Assembly (NCBI GenBank): GCA_964016885.1
Contig: OZ024753.1
Coordinates: 20,894,001-20,958,000, forward strand
From: Eledone cirrhosa
Taxonomy: Eukaryota
Length of the DNA: 64,000 nucleotides
Direction of reading: 5' to 3'
This document shows, one piece after another, positions 25,855-38,645 of the stretch (within the stretch, counting starts at the first letter, position 1; the number at the start of each line of letters is the position of its first letter). The notes beneath the pieces were generated by a model that did not search any database, was not told the origin of the DNA, and saw only the letters and a program-made list of their open reading frames with translations. The translations under genes and the position numbers were made by a program.

Positions 25855-25878
25855 ATTATATATGTATATATATGTATG

Positions 25879-25935
<57 letters not shown>

Positions 25936-25990
25936 GTATGTATATATATATGTGTATGTATATATATGTGTATATCTATATATATATGTA

Positions 25991-26021
<31 letters not shown>

Positions 26022-26032
26022 ATATGTATATA

Positions 26033-26063
<31 letters not shown>

Positions 26064-26096
26064 GTATATATATGTATATATGTATATATATATATG

Positions 26097-26127
<31 letters not shown>

Positions 26128-26342
26128 GTATATATATATGTATATATATATATGTATATATATATATATGTTTATATGTGTATATATATATTTATATGTA
26201 TATATGTATGTATATATATATATGTATATATGTATATATATATATGTATATATATATGTATATATGTTTTATGATATATATGTATATATGTATATATATA
26301 TATGTATATATATATGTATATATATATATGTATATATATATG

Positions 26343-26389
<47 letters not shown>

Positions 26390-26452
26390 GTATATATGTA
26401 TATATATACATGTATATATGTATATATATAAATATGTATATATATATGTGTG

Positions 26453-26493
<41 letters not shown>

Positions 26494-26646
26494 ATATGTA
26501 TATATATATGTATATATGTATATATATATATATGTATATATGTGTATATATATGCATATATGTGTATATATATGTATATATGTGTATATATATATATGTA
26601 TATATGTATATATGTGTATATATATATATATATGTATATATGTATA

Positions 26647-26691
<45 letters not shown>

Positions 26692-26731
26692 ATATATATA
26701 TGTATATATATATGTATATATATATATGTAT
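25855..26731. repeat. ~880-bp (TA)n/(TATG) microsatellite
   Basis: Direct reading. Similar tracts at 5995-6313, 9546-9780, 18111-18517, 20559-21050, 21837-22501, 23026-23589, 29324-29620. Confidence 0.95.
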
Positions 26732-28295
26732 AATAAAGACAAAACAATGCAGGTATGGACATAGAATAAAGAATGCAAATGCAAAAGATATTGTTGACAA
26801 TTAGTCTTTTACCTTAGATTTATTTAAATGTCCTTAATTTTCGAGATAATATCTCTGCTTCAGAGGGAAGTAAACCTGTTAATCCAGTATTCTAAATAGC
26901 TTGCCAAGTCATGCTGACAGGAAATGGTATAGAGTATCTGTTCTATCTCTAATGTCAAAGAGTTAAGATTAGGTGGATAAAGAGTAGTCTCCCTTTAAAA
27001 GGTTTTTTGGGTTTTTTTTTTTGTACATGCCTGTTTAGGTGTGTGGGAGAATGCATGAAGGTGTAAGTATGTGAGTGTGTGTGTGTGAGTGTGAGAAGAT
27101 ATGTCTATACGTAAATGTGGGGGATAGATGTTATCTCCTGTTAGAATTGGTTTTGTGTGTGTATGTGTGAGAGAGAATAAGTGGAGGTGTGTGTGTGAGG
27201 TGTGTGTGTAAATATGGGTCTAGAAGCTCTATCAAGTTATAAATTGGGTGTTGAGTTCTAGTCTATTATTGATTGGTGGTTGTGTTTTGTCTATAATTAG
27301 TGCTTCCTTAATTCTAAGATTGCCGAGGTTTCTTTCCTTAGTTTCTATCCTAACTGTTTTAGTTTTGTCGGTGTTTTTGCATTTAGCTAGGTGTTTCTTA
27401 AATGAGGAAGCGTTAGTATTGAGGTGTTCTTTTATTCTTATGTGGAGTGGTCTGGTGGTGCTACCTACGTAGAAGTTGTTGCATTTGTCACACTCTAGTC
27501 TGTATACGACGGGTAACAGAGGAAGGCAACATCCACACCTGCTTCTATAAAAAAGCCGCCAGCAGGGACCTGTTCGTACATTTCAGATCGGCCCTCCCAG
27601 CCGGCGCTAAGTTCGGATACATAAGGAACGAACTAACACGTATCCGGAACAAATGCACCGACGCTAGAGACCGAGACACACACAACACACATTTCCTGGA
27701 AGTACTCAAACTGAACGCATACACGACATCCACCACAAACCGTGCCAGAAAGAACAGAGGACACCACACCTGAGGCACTAACACTTGCTTCCTGAAGCTC
27801 CCACACTTCAGTGAAGAAACAACAACAGCCATCCGCAGAGCTATCAGACGAGAGGGACTAGTTATCCAACTGGCCCACTCAGGTCCTTCTCTACGCGGAC
27901 AGCTAACCAAAAGACACTCCACCAGACATGACAACTGCTGCAGACTAACCAATTGCCCCATCAACGACTAAGACCTATGCCACCAGGCTTACGTCGTATA
28001 CAGACTAGAGTGTGACAAATGCAGCAACTTCTACGTAGGTAGCACCACCAGACCACTCCACATAAGAATAAAAGAACACCTCAATACTAACGCTTCCTCA
28101 TTTAAGAAGCACCTAGTTAAATGCAAAAACACCAACAAAACTATAACAGTTAGGATAGAAACTAAGGAAAGAAACCTCGGCAATCTTAGAATTAAGGAAG
28201 CACTAATTATAGACAAAACACGACCACCAATCAATAATAGACTAGAACTCAACACCCAATTTATAACTTGATAGAGCTTCTAGCCCCATATTTAC

Positions 28296-28327
<32 letters not shown>

Positions 28328-28596
28328 GCTCACACGCTCACACCTCCACTTATTCTCTCTCACACATACACACACAAAACCAATTCTAACACGAGATAAC
28401 ATCTATCCCCCACATTTACGTATAGACATATCTTCTCACACTCACATACTTACACCTTCATGCATTCTCCCACATACCTAAACAGGCATGTACAAAAAAA
28501 CAAAAAAAAAACCTTTTAAAGGGAGACTACTCTTTATCCACCTAATCTTAACTCTTTGACATTAGAGATAGAACAGATACTCTATACCATTTCCTG
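26732..28596 (+). mobile_element. PLE (Nematis/Poseidon-like CCHH GIY-YIG) with inverted 5'-truncated copy
   Basis: 27511-28270 plus: FYKKAASRDLFVHFRSALP...VVYRLECDKCSNFYVGSTTRPLHIRIKEH...EALII...PPIN; 26918-27510 is the reverse complement of 27993-28596. Confidence 0.9.
26832..26866 (-). ncRNA. Very minimal HHR-like motif
   Basis: ccu CUGAAGC-A gagau-auu-aucuc GAA AAUU A agg; one extra or changed core base. Confidence 0.5.
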
Positions 28597-28997
28597 ACTA
28601 GTCCAGAATTAGCCGTCGAAACGGCTTGAGCTCAGCCGTTGGGGTCATACTCGTTCCTATTACCCACTCTACTACCCTAAGTATTGAGTACTTTGGTGCG
28701 TTATGGTCCACCTGGTTCCTTACCACATTTCCTTCATTACATATATATATATATATATGTACATATATATATATACATATATATATACATATATATATAT
28801 ACATATATATATATATAAGTATATATGTATATATGTATGTGTATATATATGTATATATCTAGAAGTTCTATTTAAATTGTTGGGATACAACAAGCAAATA
28901 TTTTTATAACTGATATAGAGCACTCAACAAATTATTGGAGTAAAAATACGATATATTAACAAATGGAAACTATATTTATAAAACCATATTTATTTCA

Positions 28998-29051
28998 TTA
29001 TACATATTTCAAGGACACCAAGTTAAATTATGGTGTGCTTTCATCAGATAA
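28998..29051 (-). ncRNA. Minimal type I HHR
   Basis: CUGAUGA aagcacacca...ugguguccuu GAA auaugu A. Confidence 0.65.
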
Positions 29052-29218
29052 AATATAATATAGATCAGTCTTATAAATAAATATTGACATACCCTTAAAG
29101 AATGTGACCATTTCTGTTGGAAGCTCCCGGATAGACTATCCGGGAGCTTCCAACAGAAATGGTGGCATTCTTTAAGGGTATGTCAATATTTATTTATAAG
29201 ACTGATCTATATTATATT

Positions 29219-29272
29219 TTATCTGATGATAGCACACCATAATTTAACTTGGTGTCCTTGAAATATGTATGA
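29219..29272 (+). ncRNA. Minimal type I HHR (inverted copy)
   Basis: CUGAUGA uagcacacca...ugguguccuu GAA auaugu A uga. Confidence 0.65.
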
Positions 29273-29360
29273 TGAAATAAATATGGTTTTATAAATATAG
29301 TTTCCATTTGTTAATATATCGTATATGTATATATGTATGTGTATATATATATGTATATAT

Positions 29361-29392
<32 letters not shown>

Positions 29393-29425
29393 GTATATGT
29401 ATATATATATGTATATATGTATGTG

Positions 29426-29457
<32 letters not shown>

Positions 29458-29897
29458 TATATATATATGTATATATGTATGTGTATATATATATATGTAT
29501 GTATATATGTATATATATATATATGTATATATATAGTGTATGTGTGTATATGTATAAATGTACGTGTATGTGTATATATATATGTATCAGTATATAGATA
29601 ATTATATAGATATATATATCCGTCTAAACCCATGCTCACGTGGAAGATAGACGTTAAACGTTGATGATGATGATGATGATATAAGTTTGTGTATTTGTAT
29701 CTCTACGTTTATGTATATGTGTGTGTGTGTACTTGTATGTTTACATAAGTATAAATATCTGACCAGTTCAGAACAAAAATTTACTTTGCCCACTTAGATA
29801 TAGGTGGGAGTTGGTATTTCAACTGTTTGTACATGTGTGGGTGTCTGTATGTATATAGAGTTGTGTATGTGTGTGTATACATATATGTATTTATTTA

Positions 29898-30165
29898 TCA
29901 TCATCATTATCATCAACACCGTTCTTCCATGCTAGCCTGGGTTAGACGGGTTGCCCTGTTGTGGGCAGTGTCTGGTCGGCTGAACTTGTCTTGCTCATAT
30001 GGGAACTGATTCTGGCTTGATTTCTACAACTGGATGCCCTTCCTAACACCAACCTCATTTACAGTGAGTGCTGGGTGCTTTTTTTCCGTGGCGCCTACAC
30101 GTCCACTTTACAGTGTGGGCTGGGTGCTTTTTTGCCGTGGCACCTCCACGACCACTTTGCAGTGG
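29898..30165 (-). mobile_element. 5'-truncated SINE (RTE-type tail)
   Basis: Matches the 3' half of 51770-52170. Confidence 0.75.
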
Positions 30166-31217
30166 GAGGGTGTGGGGGCATATTGTCTATATGCTTATAT
30201 ATATTTATGTGTGTGTGTGTATGTGTGTGTATGTGTATATGCATGTGTATATGTGTGTGTCTATATATATATGTGTGTGTGCGTGTAAGGTATATCAGTA
30301 ATCGGTTTCCGTTATTCCAATCGATGAATCTCCTTAAACATATATATATATATATATTACTGCAAAATATTAATAAATATAGACATTCATGTGATCAAAT
30401 ATATTTTATTATACATATTTATTCATTGATTAATCAATGAACCTTGTTAAACTTTTGATTATATATATATATTTGTAGTTTTGGTTTTCAATCAAGATCC
30501 TTATTTTTTACAAACTAATGAATTTGATTGGTCAAACCTGTTACTGTCACACTTAGAGAATATTTATTTCCATAAGAAGCTGGGATGTTGTACAATGACT
30601 GTTCTCAAATTTAACATCAAACAGCAATGAATCTTTAATTGATAGCTCTAACACAATGATGGCATGTGGCTGTTCATCTTCAGTTCTTTAAAAATCTCCC
30701 ATACATTAGCGAGGGTTTGAAATAAATTGTATTTGCCATTAACATCAGTGAACAATGTCTGCCTGACAAGATCATGTCAGTTCAATTAACATCCATGTAC
30801 TTTTATATTTATACTTTTTGTTTTTGTTCTTTTATTGCGAATGTATGTTGTGTGTGTCTGTATTATATAGCAGGGTGGTTTATATATACTTTGGGTGGTT
30901 GTCTGCTAGCATGTGTAGTGTGTATATTGATATTATATATATACTAACATGTGTAGTGTGTATATTGATATTATATATCTGCTAGCATGTGTAGTGTGTA
31001 TAATGATATTATATGCAAGTATATATACACGTAGATATGATACATCAAATAAAATCGTAATTGACAATATACACAGAAATTGAACGAAGACTGCGTTACA
31101 CTGTCTTATGTAATCAGTAACGTAATCCATGATACATTAAAAAAAGACGATATTATATATAAACTGAATTAGGAGAAAATTAGTCACAGAAAATTAGTAT
31201 GTTTATTTAAGTGATCG

Positions 31218-31310
31218 CCACCGGAAGTGTTGACATCACACACTCTCTCTTTCTATATATATGGTAGTTGAAGGGGTGGTGGTGGTGGCAACGATATACC
31301 GGAAGTGCAA
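31218..31310. promoter_or_regulatory. Possible promoter: two ETS/GABP sites and a CRE-like site
   Basis: CCGGAAGTG at 31221 and 31299, TGACATCA at 31231, inside a TE-poor island. Confidence 0.35.
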
Positions 31311-31407
31311 CTTTGAAAAGAAGTCAATTTTAAATTATTTATTTGTACGAAATTATTTTTGTTTACGAAATTTAGTAGATAAATTATGTAATATTCATTC
31401 ATTATTT

Positions 31408-31520
31408 ATTCAAATCCCGGCGACGTTAACTTTGCCTTTCATCCGGTCGATAAAATAAAGTACCAGTAACACACTGGGTAATTGCTGGCCTTGTGCCAAA
31501 AGTAGAAACAATTATTTATT
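31408..31520 (+). mobile_element. Meta-domain-type SINE fragment (also ~35505, 38365, 40605, 41620, 50205, 60600)
   Basis: ACTTTGCCTTTCATCC..GGTCGATAAAATAAAGTACCAG...GGCCTTGTGCCAAAAGTAGAAAC(ATT)n. Confidence 0.7.
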
Positions 31521-32296
31521 CAAAGTAATCCAACTTAATTTACTAACGGGATAAAAAAAAAAAACGTATGCAGTCCCACAGACCTTCCTTTATTATAGTT
31601 TAGAGATATATATTATCCATAGAAAACCTTCTTTTCTCTACATCTCACAAACCTTGTCATCCCTACACCATTGCTAAACTCAAACTATTTTGAATAGCAT
31701 TTTGAAGCTATTGTTTTGAAACAGTTTTTTATTTAGAAAATTTTAAAAGAATTCTTAGAGGTGTTTTGTGGGGAAGATTCTCTAAAATCTTTGGCTATTT
31801 TTGGAAATTTTAAGTTTTTTTTAGCATTCTTATAATCTGTTATTATAGAGAATGATAAATGAGTAATGAACTTTCAACCTATGTGAAATATTGATGATGC
31901 ATTTATAAACTCTGATGATTCCGACCTCGAACCAACACCTGATGGTTAAGTTATAAACTATAAAATCTAAAATTTTTGAATTTTAAACGTTTGAAATTTT
32001 TGAATTGTAATATTATGACCCTAAGGTAAATTTAGGCCAGCAGAAACATATGTCAGTTTGACAATGCCTTGACTCTTCAGTATTTTTGAAATTAAAATAT
32101 AACAGCTCTGCATGAACTCCATTGAGCTTTTAACCATCCGCAATTATTAATAATATTATTATTACTACTATTATATTTATATATATAGCGAAAATCAGTT
32201 CCTGTATAAGCAAGACAAGGTCAGCCGACTGGACACTGCTCACAACAGGACAACCCGTCTAACCCTTGCTAGCGTGGAAGAACGGACGTAAAACGA

Positions 32297-32344
<48 letters not shown>

Positions 32345-32347
<3 letters not shown>

Positions 32348-32749
32348 TAGGTTATGCAAGAAATACTTAGGATTATCCTGAATGCAGTAATGGTTAATTA
32401 CTACACTAGATAGGGTCGACGTACGGTGAGGGGTTACTCAACGAGTTACAAAAGAACAGTTAAAGAAACTCGGTTTCCAATTCTTCTATATTCCGGAGTG
32501 AAGATAAAGAATGATTAATAAAAAGGTAATTTATTCCAAGTGTTTACAAATGTTTCTTTAGTAGTTACACAGTCTAGTCATTCTATATGCAAATTAGTAG
32601 TTATTAATTTGCAGATACTCAATTTTCAAATGCTGTTCGTACCACCAAATCTTCAGAACGAATGGCTGAATCATGGTTTCTTTCTATTTCTTAAAGGGAG
32701 TAATTGGGGAAGATAGAATAGAAAAAGAAGAGAGAAAGAAATGGAGAGG

Positions 32750-32827
<78 letters not shown>

Positions 32828-33762
32828 TAGGGGTAGGAGAAATGGGAGAGAGTAATACAGATAGCTTAATCTAAATGTTGTGATAGGGGTCAAACAAGTG
32901 GTTTTATTATACTGCTTACTCTCAAAGTGACAACTTATGCATTGTGTTGATATTATCAAGTTTGGAATTATTTATTGCCACAGAGAGCAGGTTAATAGAT
33001 GTAGAGAAGGAGGGAGATAGACAGAGAACGAGAGAGAGAGAAAGAAAGAAAGAAAGAAAGAGGGAGAGAGAGAGGGGACAGAAAAAAATTAGTCCATAGT
33101 ACAGTTGTTACCCATAACAAAAACTGTAATTGCCACCTACCCGAGAGATGCCCATTGAAGAATAAATGCCTGGAGTCCAACATTGTTTAGCAATTCACTG
33201 TCGAATCAAACGACCAGAAATGGTATTACGTCGGGTCTACCACTATCTCCTTTAAATCACGCTGGTATCGTCATCGATTTTTTATTAAACATCCTGAACA
33301 CCGTTATGTAACTACACTCGCTAATAAGACCTGGCAACTCCGTGAATACAACCGGCAGTTCACTCTAAAATTGGATAAATTATCCAGCGCTAGTGCATAT
33401 CGGAGTGGATTACTGCAGATTATGCAACCTTGAACTCTTTTATATCTTGAAATCTAAAAACAATTTACTAAATGACAGAATCGAACGGTCATTATACTGC
33501 AACCATAAACTTAAGGCTACATTTTCTCCCTATAAAAGTAACTTAACATAATTTGAACCCGAGACTATTACACCACTTTCTCGCTAACTAATTTCACTCA
33601 ATACTTACTTCCTAACTATATCCCCCTCCCACCTACACACACACACACACAGTACCTTGCTTATCGTAATAAATGGATACTTAAGTTCGATCAGCAAACT
33701 ACAACTATCAACTCGGTGTATATCGCCTTTCCTTCCTCTTCTCTTAGCCTTTTTCTGTGCCA

Positions 33763-33811
<49 letters not shown>

Positions 33812-34002
33812 GTCTCCCTGCTTCTCCACATCTATTAACCTGCTCTCTGTGGCAATAAATAATTCCAAACTTGACAATATCAACACAATGCCTAAGTTGT
33901 CACTTTGAGAGTAAGCAGTATAATAAAACCACTTGTTGGACCCCTATCACAACATTTAGATTAAGCTATCTGTATTACTCTCTCCCATTTCTCCTACCCC
34001 TA

Positions 34003-34058
<56 letters not shown>

Positions 34059-34320
34059 CCTCTCCATTTCTTTCTCTCTGCCTTTTCTATTCTATCTTCC
34101 CCAATCACTCCCTTTAAGAAATAGAAAGAAACCATGATTCAGCCATTCGTTCTGAAGATTTGGTGGTACGAACAGCATTTGAAAATTGAGTATCTGCAAA
34201 TTAATAACTACCAATTTGCATATAGCATGACTAGGCTGTGTAACTACTAAACAAACATTTGTAAACACTTGGAATAAATTACCTTTTTATGATGTCTACC
34301 TGTTTTATTAATCATTCTTT
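32345..34320 (+). mobile_element. PLE (Hydra-like) EN fragment with inverted 3' UTR copy
   Basis: 33100-33545: CNCHLPERCPLKNKCLESNIV...YVGSTTISFKSRW; 32520-33030 is an inverted copy of 33790-34290, including the (CT)n tract. Confidence 0.85.
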
Positions 34321-34329
34321 ATATATATT

Positions 34330-35155
34330 TCGTTTCTGAATTTGTTTAGCAAGATTCTTTATCTGAAAACGTGTGTTGAAACCGATATTGTTATACTTTG
34401 GGAGGGTCATGTTGCCAATAAGAAACACACGCACCAGTTGCTTTCACTCCAATTTATTATAAATTAAATTTATAAATTTCCGGTTGGTTGGTTGGTTCCA
34501 CAACCGGACGGTTGTTCATATATTGCCAAAGTTCTTTCGTCATACATTCTGTGACCTCTTCAATGACTGGAGATTCTTTTCTTTGTTTTGTGCCTCTCCA
34601 TTGTTCTGTCCTACGCCATCTTGTTGTTGTGTGTGTTGTGTACTTAGTTTGCGCATGTGTTACATCCGGGCGTCTGTGTGTGTTTTTATTTGTTTATTTA
34701 TATGTTACTGGTTGGTTGTTTGTTCTATGTGTGTGTGTGTTTTCATTTTGTCCTTAATTATAAGTTGTGATGTTGCTATTCCATTCATGTTTTCTATTTA
34801 ATTTTGGTTGCAATTCATTTATGTTTATTGCCTCTGTGATTTGTCTAAACATTGCGTCTTTTCTGTGTGTAGATTCTATTTTTATTTCTATGTTCTCTAA
34901 TTTGCCCTTATGTTCTATTTTAGCATGTTGGTGGAGTATTGATGATTCTTTTTTATCTTGAAGCTCTCACCAGTGTTCATTTAACCATTCTCCTATACTA
35001 CGAGCTGTCTCATCTTTGTACACTATATTATATTCTTTTCATTGTCCTTCAGTACATCTTATGCTATATACTACATTTCTAGTTTTACAGTTAATATGGG
35101 GGCTTAGTTTACAGATTATGCATTTCTTGTCTATACAGGGAGGTCTTTTCAAAGA
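34330..35155 (-). mobile_element. Decayed PLE GIY-YIG fragment (Neptune/Nematis-like) with degenerate HHR at 34525-34567
   Basis: CIDKKCIIC...CKTRNVVYSIRC...ETARSIG..LNEH...RQITEAINI...LNRKHEW; guca UUGAAGA g-guca..ugac GAA agaacu U uggc. Confidence 0.75.
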
Positions 35156-35609
35156 CCTCCCTATATAGATAAAAACTCATGCCATCTTTGATGTTGAATC
35201 CTGTTGGTAGTGTGGGAACAGAGTTAATCATTATTGAGTAAAATTATATGAGGCCGGAAGGTGAAATTCCTCCAAAGTTTTATTTCTGCAAACACTATGT
35301 ACATTTCAGTAGCCAGGTAAATACATGCCATACGTACATATACATGCATATTGTGCATGTATATGTACATACGGCATGCGTTTTCACGTATGCACGTGTA
35401 TGTATGTATATAGATGTGTGTATGTATATATTTAATTATTATTACTTTTATGATTTTATTAACCGCCGTCGTTTTAGTTCAACAAATTTATTTGCATTAT
35501 TCTTAACTCCAAGGTTAACTTTGCCTTTCATCCTTACGGGGTCGATAAAATAAATTACCAGTAATGCACTGGAATAATTGCTGGCCTTGTGCCAAAAGTA
35601 GAAACAATT

Positions 35610-35882
35610 CTTAACTCCCAAGCCGAGGATCATTCGGTTTCCTAAATAGAATATTAGTCTAATGACTTCATTTATACCATAAACGTGGTTTGTCTTTGCG
35701 TGTATTTGTTCTCACCACTCCAAATAATGACGTATTATCTTTGCTTTTTTCCGTTCATTGCCAGGGAACGTCTTCACGAACCAAAGTATCATCTTCCTGT
35801 CTTCCTTCGGTTGCAACGTATTTCGAAATATTTACCTCTGCGTCCACAGGTTGATTTTTTTTTTAGTTTCAGAAGATCCCGC
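35610..35882 (+). mobile_element. Diverged pseudo-LTR fragment of the 52-55 kb PLE family
   Basis: Similar to 52620-52853; broken inside the HHR-like motif by the adjacent RTE. Confidence 0.7.
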
Positions 35883-37683
35883 TGGTAATAATACAAACCA
35901 TTACAGTATTGAGTCCATCTATGGAGGACCTCTTCACTGTCCTTCAGCAGCTTACCATGCTTGTCCTTTATGACTGTTGCCCTCGACTGGCTAGTCTTAG
36001 GGAGGGATTTAAGAGTATTATAGACCTGTTTGCTATCGCCAGTATACATATCCTTCTCAATAGCTTTGCCCTGTTTCTTTATCCACTCCACTTCAGCTGC
36101 CCCCATTTTCTTCCGTACTTCACTGTGCATTTCCTGATATTATACATGGACATTGGCACTTGAATGTTTCTTTCCCTTTAGCTCTCTCCTCTTGTCACAT
36201 AAATCCAAGACCTCATTCGTGACCCACGGCTGGGTTTTCCTTCTTCGTTTGCCCAAAACTTCTTCAGGAGTTGTGAATAACACTTCTTTTATGTGACCTG
36301 CAAAAGTGTCTATGTCATTGTTAAGTAGGTTGAGGGCTGCAAACTTGCTGCCATCAACAATTGAGCCACTTTAGAGTATTTTAGTTTTTTTAGGTCAAAG
36401 CAGATGTGGGGGTCCTTTGGACAATGCTTGGTTTTCAGCTTTAATTTAAAAGTTGTCATCACAAGATCATGATCGCTGCCAAAGTCTGGGCCAGGAAATG
36501 TACTTGTGAGCCCCTTATTAATACTGGATTTATTGTGTTGAGGAACCAGAAGGAAGTCAATCTGGTTATGGATCTTCCCATTAGGTAAGTACCAGATTGT
36601 GGTTAAAGATAGCTTATGGGGGTGGAGAGCGTTGGCCAAGGTGAAGCGATGACTTCTGTCAAACTTGAGCAGTCTAAGTTGGTCTCCCCTAAGCCAAATC
36701 TTCCAACTGTTCCTCTCCAGTTCACGTATGTATCCAGTCCTACTTTGGCATTCCAATCCCCTTGTATGATGGTGATATCTTTCTTGATTTCTTAGGGTAG
36801 ATTCTAGTAGTTCATAGAATTCTTCAACTTCCTCACCATCATGCTCTGATGTATGTTGGAACATAGACCTGGATGATGGTCATATTGTATGGTTTGACTG
36901 ATACACAGATGGAAATGAGTCTGCCAGAGATGGAAGTATAGCTGATGACATTAATTGTAATTCCTTTCCTTACAATAAATGCCACCCCATGCTGGTGCTT
37001 CTTTTCCTCTCCAGAAAACCAGATCTTGTGTCCATCTTGTATTGTTGTTTCACCGAAACCAACCCATCTGACCTCAGACATCCCAATGATGTCCTAGCAA
37101 CAACATTTCAGTTTGTGGATGAGTTCTTGTGTTCTTCCAGGGGCGTAAAGGCTGCAGATGTTCCATGTTCCTGTTATTATCTTTTCCAATGATAGCCTGA
37201 TGGTATTCTTCAATTCAGATCCTGACTTATCACACCAATCCTAAAGCAAGTTAATGGGACGTGAGGCTGTTATTATTCCTGGCCTCCACCAATCTGGCAT
37301 GGTGATACTTTATTTCTTGTTCATGATCTTTCAGTAGGCTTGTAGATAACTTGGCATCACCCATCTCCTCTCCAAGTCCTTATCCGACTGCCCTAAATCC
37401 ACTAATGTGATACAAATCACCTTCAGTCAGTGCACTAGGCCATTGAGTCCATTGGTATACCTTCTTTCTTGACCATTATCAGCTTCTCTAGATCATCCGC
37501 CCAGTAGTGCAGTGCAAACATTACCCCCTCGCTTGGAGTGGTTTACTGGGGTATGGCGCGTGGAGCCAGCATGTGAGAGATTTAAGGGATAGGTGAAGAC
37601 CAGTGTTGCCCGTTCACCTTAATAATAAGGTGCAGCAGCCGAACAACAGAGGTACTACTTCAACCCATTGACCCCTACACCCT
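35883..37683 (-). mobile_element. Decayed RTE LINE family C, 5' half (UTR + APE)
   Basis: SEVRW, HQHGVAFIV, IIQVYVPT, HNQIDFLL, GSDHDLV; many stops and frameshifts. Confidence 0.85.
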
Positions 37684-38645
37684 AATTGTAAATATAGAGT
37701 AATGTAAATGCTAAAGGGTTAAAATGTGTATCAGCAATAGCTGGGAATTTAACCCTGCAATGGCTAACATCCTGCCCAGGGGAAACTTTTGACCTCTCAG
37801 TTGCTTAAAGCCGCTAGACTTGAGAAAGACTTTAGAAAAGTAGACAGTCATGAATATTTTCAATATTCCATCAAAGGAATTATTTTTCTGATATTACTTA
37901 ACAGACAAGAAAGAATGTTTGCAGCTTCACAGCTGCCAATTTGTGATCAGACCGACAGATATATTTCCACTTTGTGAACAAGACAGTCATTGTTGAAAAT
38001 TTTACATTTGTCTGAACATTACTTAAAGATGGAAAGATTGAACTTACAAAGGATGACATAAAAGAGAAAAGAAGACTTTTCAAAACGCTATTAGTAATCA
38101 ACATGTATTTCCTCTGACACAATCAAATCTAATCAATATCATACGATAGAATAAAGGGGGAAAAGCCAAGCTGGTCAAGTGGTATGGGTAAAGAATTGAA
38201 CAAATAGGAATATTGCATTAATAGTTCAACATTCTCACTCTCTCTCTCCCTATATATACATATATATATATCAAATCAAAAGGTTGAGTTAAAAACTCAC
38301 AAAAATCCCCTGCGATCAAATAAGCTCAAGGAACAGACTCCTAGCTCTTTATAAATCATAATAATTGTTTCTACTTTAGGCACAAGGCCAGCAATTACCC
38401 AGTACATTTCTGGTACTTTATATCATAATAATGAGAGAAAAATATATATTAAAATACGTCAGATAATAGGGGGTATAATATGACTCTGGTAAAGAACATA
38501 TTAACCACGGATGGAGTGGTATATAAAAATTAATTAAAAGAATAAATCAAAGTATACAAACCAGAACATTTCTAGTCTGCCATAATTGCCCCGAGCAAAG
38601 TTATCTCCAGTGCTATGTGATACATTTCTAGTGTCTTTATGATCT

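Larger units (their letters stand above)
28860..29323. mobile_element. Head-to-head palindromic HHR element (family shared with 13225-13430 and 14765-14845)
   Basis: Arms 28947-29134 and 29136-29323 with a 1-nt spacer. Confidence 0.8.

Noticed and set aside
27771-27972. In-frame stops in the PLE ORF as selenocysteine recoding
   Set aside because: One TGA and one TAA in a decayed copy; domain order is C-terminal EN, not Naiad-type; no SECIS identified
34145-34230. CTGAAGA...GAAA in the PLE 3' UTR (mirror near 32650)
   Set aside because: Helices I-III cannot be closed convincingly
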